Source: a virus (Duplodnaviria > Heunggongvirae > Uroviricota > Caudoviricetes). Taken from it: a DNA stretch of 64,000 nt. The notes beneath the pieces were generated by a model. That model worked only from the letters and a program-made list of their open reading frames with translations, did not search any database and was not told the origin of the DNA. Positions within the stretch are counted from its first letter, which is position 1, and each line of letters begins with the position of its first letter. The DNA is taken from the IMG/VR virus record IMGVR_UViG_3300021963_000032. The stretch is one strand, 5' to 3'. Positions 57,956 through 64,000 of the stretch are shown here, one piece after another. A program made the position numbers and the translations under genes.

Positions 57956-59151
57956 TGTACACGAAAAAGAATTTACCAAAATCCCAATACGAGCTTTCTA
58001 CTGGAAACGTAGATAAGCGCTTTGGTCGTGACAACGATGTCAGAAGGGATGACGATACTCTAAAAGAGTTATCGATTGGTTTATTTGATATCGATCATAC
58101 AATTAAATGGTACTTTGATAATGTAATTAAACCACAAGTAGATGAGTTTGGTACAACAGTAAAAGTTCCAGTAATGTTTGGTGCTCCAGAAAAATGGAAG
58201 AACGTCCAAGCGGATGGATACTTTCGTGATATGGCTGGAAAGATTCAATCACCATTAATTTCATATAGAAGGAGTGGTATAGAAAAGGATAAGACTTTAG
58301 GATCAAAAGTAGATGCTAACTATCCACAACTATATCACACACAAGAGATAAAATACGGTCACCAAAACAAATACGATCAATTCAGCGTACTCACAAATAG
58401 CAAGCCAATCAAGTCATATGTGACTACTATAATTCCTGAGTTTGTAAACGTGACTTACGAAGTAATCATTTGGACCGACTTTGTTGAACACATGAATGGT
58501 ATTGTAGAATCGATACTTTACTCAGAGGGATCTTTTTGGGGTGAACCTGATAAGTTTAGATTTAGAACCAAAGTTGACAGCTATACAAATACAACAGACC
58601 TACTTCAAGATCAAGATCGAATCGTAAGAACCTCGTTTACATTAACTTTGTTCGGATACATTATTCCAGACGTGTTGGTGAAAAACCTTAGCAAGAAACA
58701 ATCATCCAAAGCGTTTGATTCAAGACAGCTTGTTATGGAAGCGACTGCGGATGTAGATCCAACAGTATTCCAACAAACAGATACGCTAACTGCAGGACCT
58801 GGAACTAGCATGACACAGCCAACTGTAACAGCTACTCCAAATGCTTTATCAACAGCAAATCCAGCATTACTTCAATATCTAAATACAAATATTGCAAAAC
58901 AAGCCACAACCATAACTGTACCAGAATACGCTTACTTTACGGCAGCATTCCTACAAGCACCTGCAGGATTACCTACAACAAGTGTTACTAACTTTATGTT
59001 CTTCGTTAATGGCCAGTATGTTGAGCCAAGTGCAATTCTAGAATTTGTCGATAACGGTAGTGGTCAGTGTAGGTTGAGAATAGATCCTGGACTACTAGGT
59101 TTCACACTAGTTACAACAGATGAGGTTATAGCAATAGGAAAATTCGCTTAA
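57955..59151 (+). CDS. Tail terminator/completion protein, gp15-like, with a C-terminal extension
   Basis: VKVPVMFGAPEKW, PLISYRR, VTYEVIIWT, VRTSFTLTLFGY. Confidence 0.75.
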   Translation: MYTKKNLPKSQYELSTGNVDKRFGRDNDVRRDDDTLKELSIGLFDIDHTIKWYFDNVIKPQVDEFGTTVKVPVMFGAPEKWKNVQADGYFRDMAGKIQSPLISYRRSGIEKDKTLGSKVDANYPQLYHTQEIKYGHQNKYDQFSVLTNSKPIKSYVTTIIPEFVNVTYEVIIWTDFVEHMNGIVESILYSEGSFWGEPDKFRFRTKVDSYTNTTDLLQDQDRIVRTSFTLTLFGYIIPDVLVKNLSKKQSSKAFDSRQLVMEATADVDPTVFQQTDTLTAGPGTSMTQPTVTATPNALSTANPALLQYLNTNIAKQATTITVPEYAYFTAAFLQAPAGLPTTSVTNFMFFVNGQYVEPSAILEFVDNGSGQCRLRIDPGLLGFTLVTTDEVIAIGKFA

Positions 59152-59152
59152 C

Positions 59153-59470
59153 ATGGCATTAATAAGAGGAAGTCAAATATCAGGTAGTGTTCAGAGTGCA
59201 AGTTATGCACTTACAGCTTCATATGCATTAAATGGTGGAGGTGGAAACGTATTCCCATTCTCAGGAAGTGCAGTAATTACTGGTTCTCTAACAGTGAGGG
59301 GAACTATTAGCGATATTTTTTTAATCAAGAATACTAACAATCAACCAATCCTAACCGTATCACAAAGTGGTGTTATAGTGGTAGCAACGCAAAGCGCAGC
59401 TTTAACTGGATCAGCTCCAAATGGAGGAATATACTTTACTTCGGGTGCATTTTTTGTAGGATTAGATTGA
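59153..59470 (+). CDS. Short fibre/appendage-like protein
   Basis: ISGSVQSASYALTASYAL; FSGSAVITGSL. Confidence 0.55.
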   Translation: MALIRGSQISGSVQSASYALTASYALNGGGGNVFPFSGSAVITGSLTVRGTISDIFLIKNTNNQPILTVSQSGVIVVATQSAALTGSAPNGGIYFTSGAFFVGLD

Positions 59471-59487
59471 TTAACCAAATACAAACA

Positions 59488-59495
59488 TATTTATA
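59488..59495 (+). promoter_or_regulatory. Putative late promoter TATTTATA
   Basis: 29 nt before ATG 59525. Confidence 0.6.
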
Positions 59496-59524
59496 TTCAA
59501 ATAACAACTTATTAAAAATTACAC

Positions 59525-60811
59525 ATGGCAGAATGGAAAAAGGTCATAGTCTCAGGCTCCGCAGCCGAACTATCATCGCTTAGTTTAACAACCGACTTAT
59601 CGGTTGCAAATGGGGGTACTGGGGCATCAACCTTTACCGCAGGTCAACTCTTGACAGGAAACGGAACGAGTGCAGTAACTACAACAGCAGTTAACGGTAC
59701 TGGTAATATTGTAGCAACTACTGGTGCAACTGGTTTATCAGCATCTGGTTCATTTAGTGGATCATTTCAAGGTAATGGTGCAGGTTTAACTGGAGTAACT
59801 GCAACAGCAGTATTCCCAACAACCAACCTAACACCAATCACAGCAGCATCTCAATTATTTGCTAACGATGGTGTAAACAAATACGTAACAGTAGGACAAG
59901 TATCGGCTTCAGTATATGGAGGTGTATCGGGTGACATTACAATTTCAGCAGCAGGTGTTGCTTCAATTGCAGCTGACTCAGTAGCATTAGGAACTGACAC
60001 AACTGGAAACTACGTTGCAACAATCGATGCAGGTGCAGGTTTGACTGGTGGTGCAACTACTGGTGAAGGTATTGCTCACACACTTGCGGTAGGTGCAGGT
60101 ACTCACATCACAGTAAACGCGAATGATGTAGCAGTTAATACTGGAACATTAGTACCAGCGATTTCTGGTTCAATCTTTGGACAAGTATCAGGTGACGTAT
60201 TAATAACTGGAGCAGGTGTTGCTACAATTCAAGCGAATGCAGTTGCTATCTCAACAGACGTATCTGGATTAGGAACTGGAGTTGCAACATTCTTAGCTAC
60301 TCCATCATCAGCTAACTTAGCAGCAGCGGTAACGGATGAAACGGGAACTGGAAACTTAGTATTCTCAGCATCTCCAACGTTCACTGGAACCTTAAACGCA
60401 GCAGCAATCTCCACATCAGGAAACGTAACTGTAGGTGGTAACTTGACTGTAACTGGATTAATCACTGGATCAGCAACATTTATTAACTCCACTAACGTAT
60501 CGATTACTGATCAGTTTATATTACTAGCATCTGGATCAGGAGTAACGGTAGATGCAGGTATTATTGTTCAAGATGCAGCAGGTGATGGTGAAGCGTTCTA
60601 CTGGGAAAACAACACAACCGGTACATCACGTTGGGCAATCGCATCATCTGTATCTCCATCTGCAGTAACAGTAACAGCAGCGGAATACATGGTATCTGCT
60701 AAAACAGCAGCAGGTGCTCCATCAGGAGCTCCTACATATGGTGGTGCAACAAATGGATTTGGTCAGATGCACATAAATAGTGCAACTAGCGACATTTATA
60801 TTTACGCATAA
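59525..60811 (+). CDS. Fibre protein (Gly/Ala/Thr/Ser-rich)
   Basis: VANGGTGA and GTGVATFLATPSSANL are fibre-shaft motifs; N-terminus MAEWKKVIVSGS. Confidence 0.7.
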   Translation: MAEWKKVIVSGSAAELSSLSLTTDLSVANGGTGASTFTAGQLLTGNGTSAVTTTAVNGTGNIVATTGATGLSASGSFSGSFQGNGAGLTGVTATAVFPTTNLTPITAASQLFANDGVNKYVTVGQVSASVYGGVSGDITISAAGVASIAADSVALGTDTTGNYVATIDAGAGLTGGATTGEGIAHTLAVGAGTHITVNANDVAVNTGTLVPAISGSIFGQVSGDVLITGAGVATIQANAVAISTDVSGLGTGVATFLATPSSANLAAAVTDETGTGNLVFSASPTFTGTLNAAAISTSGNVTVGGNLTVTGLITGSATFINSTNVSITDQFILLASGSGVTVDAGIIVQDAAGDGEAFYWENNTTGTSRWAIASSVSPSAVTVTAAEYMVSAKTAAGAPSGAPTYGGATNGFGQMHINSATSDIYIYA

Positions 60812-60826
60812 CATCAATAATCAGTT

Positions 60827-61024
60827 ATGAGTTTGTTAAGCAAATTAGGAGTATCAGATACTCCAAAAGAAACTAACCTAGCTCTTGAGGATCAATTAAA
60901 TCTTCAAGAGCTTGAGTTTTTATTAAGAGCATTAAAATCTACCAATTTAGTTGGAGAGCAGGTTGAAATGTTTTATAATATGGTTATAAAGCTACAAAAC
61001 CAATACACAAAGTTAGCTAATTAA
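60827..61024 (+). CDS. Small helical protein (fibre assembly chaperone candidate)
   Basis: 65 aa, directly after a fibre gene; similar to 61037..61279. Confidence 0.5.
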   Translation: MSLLSKLGVSDTPKETNLALEDQLNLQELEFLLRALKSTNLVGEQVEMFYNMVIKLQNQYTKLAN

Positions 61025-61036
61025 AAATAACAAGTT

Positions 61037-61279
61037 ATGAATTTATTCTCAATTGATCTATCTCCAAACGAGGTAGCAGTCCTACGTCAATCACTAGATG
61101 TGATAACTATCCCAGGCAAAGATGCCGTATTTATCGCTACCTTGCAACAAAAACTTGATCGCGAGTTAACTGAGATTGGAAGAGCGTTGAATGCTCAAGA
61201 ACAGCAGAAGCAAGTGGAGCTAGAAGCTTTCGTTAAAGCAGAAGCCAAGAAAGCAGCCAAAGCAGCACCTGCTCAGTAA
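61037..61279 (+). CDS. Small helical protein (fibre assembly chaperone candidate)
   Basis: 80 aa; LSPNEVAVLRQSLDVITIPG...KL. Confidence 0.5.
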   Translation: MNLFSIDLSPNEVAVLRQSLDVITIPGKDAVFIATLQQKLDRELTEIGRALNAQEQQKQVELEAFVKAEAKKAAKAAPAQ

Positions 61280-61288
61280 ACCGCATAC

Positions 61289-61296
61289 TATTTATA
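61289..61296 (+). promoter_or_regulatory. Putative late promoter TATTTATA
   Basis: Precedes the structured leader and ATG 61384. Confidence 0.65.
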
Positions 61297-61306
61297 TAAA
61301 ATAACT

Positions 61307-61368
61307 TGTTGCAGGCCGCAAGGAAGTAGGCGCACACACGGCATTAGTGTATGTATCTAACCGCAACA
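61307..61368 (+). ncRNA. Candidate structured RNA (three-way junction) in the fibre-gene leader
   Basis: Hand-folded: UGUUGC/GCAACA closing stem, CC-GCAA-GG GNRA hairpin and a second long hairpin; GC-rich island in an AT-rich intergenic region. Confidence 0.55.
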
Positions 61369-61383
61369 TAAAAGTATTATAAT

Positions 61384-64000
61384 ATGCCAAGTTGGAAAAA
61401 AGTCATTACCTCAGGCTCTGATGCCGTATTAAACTCTCTATCAGGATCCTCGTTTGTTTACTCAGGAGCAGACGTAACCGCAGCACAAAATCTAAGATCA
61501 ATAAACTCATCAGGAGATGAGGGAGGGGAAATCTTCCTTAATAAAGCCGTTACAAACACATCTATTACGGGAGGTGTTACTATCGATGTTTGGCAAAATA
61601 GATTAAGATTTTTTGAGCAAGGGGGCACTGCACGAGGATATTTCTTGGATATTACAGCAGGCGGTGCAGGTGTTGGAACAAACCTAGCATCGGGAGGTGG
61701 AACTGTAACATCAGTATCAACAGCAGGAACAGTATCGGGTATCACTCTAACTGGTGGTCCTATTACGGGAGCAGGTACAATCACATTAGGTGGATCTATT
61801 TCAGGTTTGACAAACTCAAACTTATCAGGCACAGCGGGTATTACAAATGCTAACTTAGCAAATAGCAGTGTTACGATTGGATCAACTGCAATATCGTTAG
61901 GAAGCACGTCTACAACGTTAGCAGGATTAACAAGCGTAACATCGACTAATTTTACCGGCTCTCTACTTGGTACAGCATCTTGGGCAACTAATGTTGTTAA
62001 CAATGGAGTAACCTCAGTAGGAGGTACTGGTACTGTTAATGGCATCACACTAACTGGTACAGTAACAAGTACTGGTAACTTGACTTTAGGAGGTACACTT
62101 TCCGGTATTGGTAACTCACAACTAACAAATAGTAGCATTACAATCGGATCAACCGCTATATCATTAGGTGGAACATCAACCACATTGGCAGGACTTACTA
62201 GTGTAACTTCAACAAGCTTTACTGGTTCATTATTAGGAACAGCTTCATTTGCGAGAACTGCATCTTACGCAATCAACCCAACAATATCAGGTTCAATTAA
62301 CAATGTAGATTACATTGATTTTGCTACCGGTAGTGTTATTGGAACCAACGCACCTGCCTGGAAACAAGGTCGATTGTTTTATGATTCTGGTTCCGGTGCA
62401 TTAGCAATGTACAATTGGGAACAAGATGTAACATTAAACATAGGACAAGAACAATGGTTAAGAGCTAGAAACCAAACTGGTGTCACTATTACAAATGGTT
62501 CAGTTGTTAGATTAAGTAGTGCTATTGGAGATAGACCAACAGTTGTTTTAGCTCAAGCTACCGACCAATCAAACGCTTTTAGTACCGGTAATGAGATTAT
62601 GGGTATGGCAACGCACGATATCGAACATGGAACAGATGGTTTCATAACTACATTTGGGATAGTTAACGGAGTAAACACATCAGCATTCACAGCCGGTGAC
62701 TTGTTATGGGTATCACAGTCTGCAGGACAGTTTACAAATACACCTCCAGCAGCTCCAATTGATAAAACTTTTGTTGGTATCGTAACTAGAGCCAATCCAT
62801 CCAATGGTTCAATATTTATGACACCATCAACACCAATTCACTTTCATGATATAAGTTCAGTTTCAGCGTCTACATACCAACAAGGAGACTTATGGATGTA
62901 TCGCTCAGGATCTGCTGGATTATCCAATGCTTGGATTAATACAAAACAACTATCAGGTTCATATGGTTTAACGGGAAGCTTAACAGCAACTTCGTTTACT
63001 GGTTCACTATTAGGAACAGCATCATTTGCACGAAGTGCTTCATACGCAGTTTCGTCTTCATGGACAACTCCAGGTGGAAATAATCGAGCTGTGCAGTTTA
63101 ACAACAGCGGTACTTTAGGAGGTGAGGATTTTTTCACATACAATTCATCACTAAGAGCAGTGACGCAGGGAGCTTTCAATATAGCATCAGCAAACTACGC
63201 CCATGCGGAAGGGTTATTCGCATCAGCATCAGGTGAATATTCACACGCAGAAGGAGCAGGAACAAAAGCAATTGGTAATTACTCACACGCAGAAGGTCAG
63301 AATACAATCGCTACTGGATTGGGTTCTCACGCAGAGGGTTTAGGTAGTATATCAGTAGGTAATTTATCACACGCGGAGGGTGGATTTACATCAGCCTCTG
63401 CAGACCTATCTCACGCTGAAGGATCGCAGACAATAGCATCAGGAAACGGTTCACATGCAGAAGGTAGTGCTACTATAGCATTAGGACAATACACACATGC
63501 GGAGGGTAGAAGCACAGTAGCGTCGGGATCATTCTCACACGCGGAAGGGTTATTCACATCAGCATCAGGTCAGCATTCGCATGTAGAAGGTTACTATGCA
63601 GTTGCAAGTGGAATATATTCTCACGCTGAAGGTATTAGTACAGTCACTTTTGGGTCAAGTTCACACGCAGAAGGTGAAAAGACTTCAACATATGGAGTTG
63701 CATCGCATGCAGAAGGTAGCTATAGTACAACGGGAGCTATCACTGCATACATGGCAACACTAGGATCTAATCCTGGAGAATATGTACTAAACTCATCGTA
63801 TGGTGACCAAACTAGCTACCTATCACAAGATAGCCGAGTTCTAATTGATGACACACCATACGCCAACACTTATGGTTTTACTGAAACGACAATATCATCA
63901 TCCTATTTTAGTGGAACTAATACGGTTATAACTTTTCTCGATACGAGCATTTCAACTAGTACAATTCTAGTAGTTAACAAACAATATTTGAATGCAAGTC
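61384..64000 (+). CDS. Long fibre/adhesin protein, 3'-truncated (absent from the ORF track because there is no stop in the window)
   Basis: Reads MPSWKKVITSGSDAVLNSL...; frame checked at the 5' part and from 63181 to the end; contains SHAEG repeats. Confidence 0.8.
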   Translation, partial: MPSWKKVITSGSDAVLNSLSGSSFVYSGADVTAAQNLRSINSSGDEGGEIFLNKAVTNTSITGGVTIDVWQNRLRFFEQGGTARGYFLDITAGGAGVGTNLASGGGTVTSVSTAGTVSGITLTGGPITGAGTITLGGSISGLTNSNLSGTAGITNANLANSSVTIGSTAISLGSTSTTLAGLTSVTSTNFTGSLLGTASWATNVVNNGVTSVGGTGTVNGITLTGTVTSTGNLTLGGTLSGIGNSQLTNSSITIGSTAISLGGTSTTLAGLTSVTSTSFTGSLLGTASFARTASYAINPTISGSINNVDYIDFATGSVIGTNAPAWKQGRLFYDSGSGALAMYNWEQDVTLNIGQEQWLRARNQTGVTITNGSVVRLSSAIGDRPTVVLAQATDQSNAFSTGNEIMGMATHDIEHGTDGFITTFGIVNGVNTSAFTAGDLLWVSQSAGQFTNTPPAAPIDKTFVGIVTRANPSNGSIFMTPSTPIHFHDISSVSASTYQQGDLWMYRSGSAGLSNAWINTKQLSGSYGLTGSLTATSFTGSLLGTASFARSASYAVSSSWTTPGGNNRAVQFNNSGTLGGEDFFTYNSSLRAVTQGAFNIASANYAHAEGLFASASGEYSHAEGAGTKAIGNYSHAEGQNTIATGLGSHAEGLGSISVGNLSHAEGGFTSASADLSHAEGSQTIASGNGSHAEGSATIALGQYTHAEGRSTVASGSFSHAEGLFTSASGQHSHVEGYYAVASGIYSHAEGISTVTFGSSSHAEGEKTSTYGVASHAEGSYSTTGAITAYMATLGSNPGEYVLNSSYGDQTSYLSQDSRVLIDDTPYANTYGFTETTISSSYFSGTNTVITFLDTSISTSTILVVNKQYLNAS
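63181..63730 (+). repeat. 13 tandem 14-aa (42-nt period) xSHAEG repeats (YadA-head-like beta-roll)
   Basis: H-[AV]-E-G codons begin at 63202 and recur every 42 nt to 63706. Confidence 0.9.

Noticed and set aside
61307-61368. Calling the structured element a true SRP RNA or a tRNA
   Set aside because: It is one nucleotide short in the SRP symmetric loop and lacks the long 4.5S hairpin; there is no cloverleaf, T-loop or CCA. Kept only as an unclassified RNA candidate.
1288-63179. Minus-strand and short alternative-frame ORFs in the track (e.g. 52959..53381, 61458..62183, 9546..9914, 48342..48623, 42780..42992)
   Set aside because: They overlap well-supported + strand genes, have no recognisable motifs and mirror low-complexity sense sequence (e.g. 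poly-Ser opposite the Glu-rich scaffold).
63181-63730. CRISPR array or diversity-generating retroelement at the 42-nt periodic region
   Set aside because: The periodicity is in-frame coding repetition with synonymous variation. There are no identical direct repeats with spacers, no reverse transcriptase and no adenine-specific TR/VR pair in the window.
1-64000. Stop-codon reassignment, as seen in some large phages
   Set aside because: Conserved genes are full-length in the standard code, and TAA, TAG and TGA all end genes at tight junctions.
1-64000. Prophage or eukaryotic giant-virus origin
   Set aside because: No integrase, att site or host genes are present. The gp17/20/21/23/13/14/15/25/6 set indicates a T4-like tailed phage despite the TATA-like motif and the Mre11-Rad50 fusion.

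Overview
A 64-kb segment of a large lytic tailed phage with a T4-like morphogenesis module. All credible genes are on the + strand, tightly packed, in the standard genetic code. The order is: HD protein and gp55-like late sigma factor; baseplate hub/spike genes with two peptidoglycan hydrolases (GH108, M15B); gp25 and gp6 wedge genes; Ig/LamG structural proteins; a small replication/recombination island (T7 endonuclease I-like resolvase, primase, Mre11-Rad50 fusion); a ~9-kb cluster of enzymes and small proteins rich in (L/I)-x-E motifs; terminase, portal, gp21 protease, scaffold and gp23 capsid; phoH; neck gp13/14/15; and fibre genes running off the window end. The host is probably Bacteroidota (inference from A-rich starts without Shine-Dalgarno sites, an AFSQ-type signal peptide and a LETM1-like domain). 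Main leads: (1) a putative set of head-packaged, gp21-processed cargo proteins, including a three-domain HIGH-nucleotidyltransferase / LETM1-like / KxDG-ligase-like polyprotein; (2) a three-way-junction RNA between a late-promoter motif and a fibre gene; (3) a TATTTATA motif before 14 genes, the reverse complement of the T4 late promoter; (4) a gp5-like spike split into three genes; (5) a pervasive [ST]-[GAS]-S motif in virion-surface proteins. All family assignments are by motif recognition; no searches were run.
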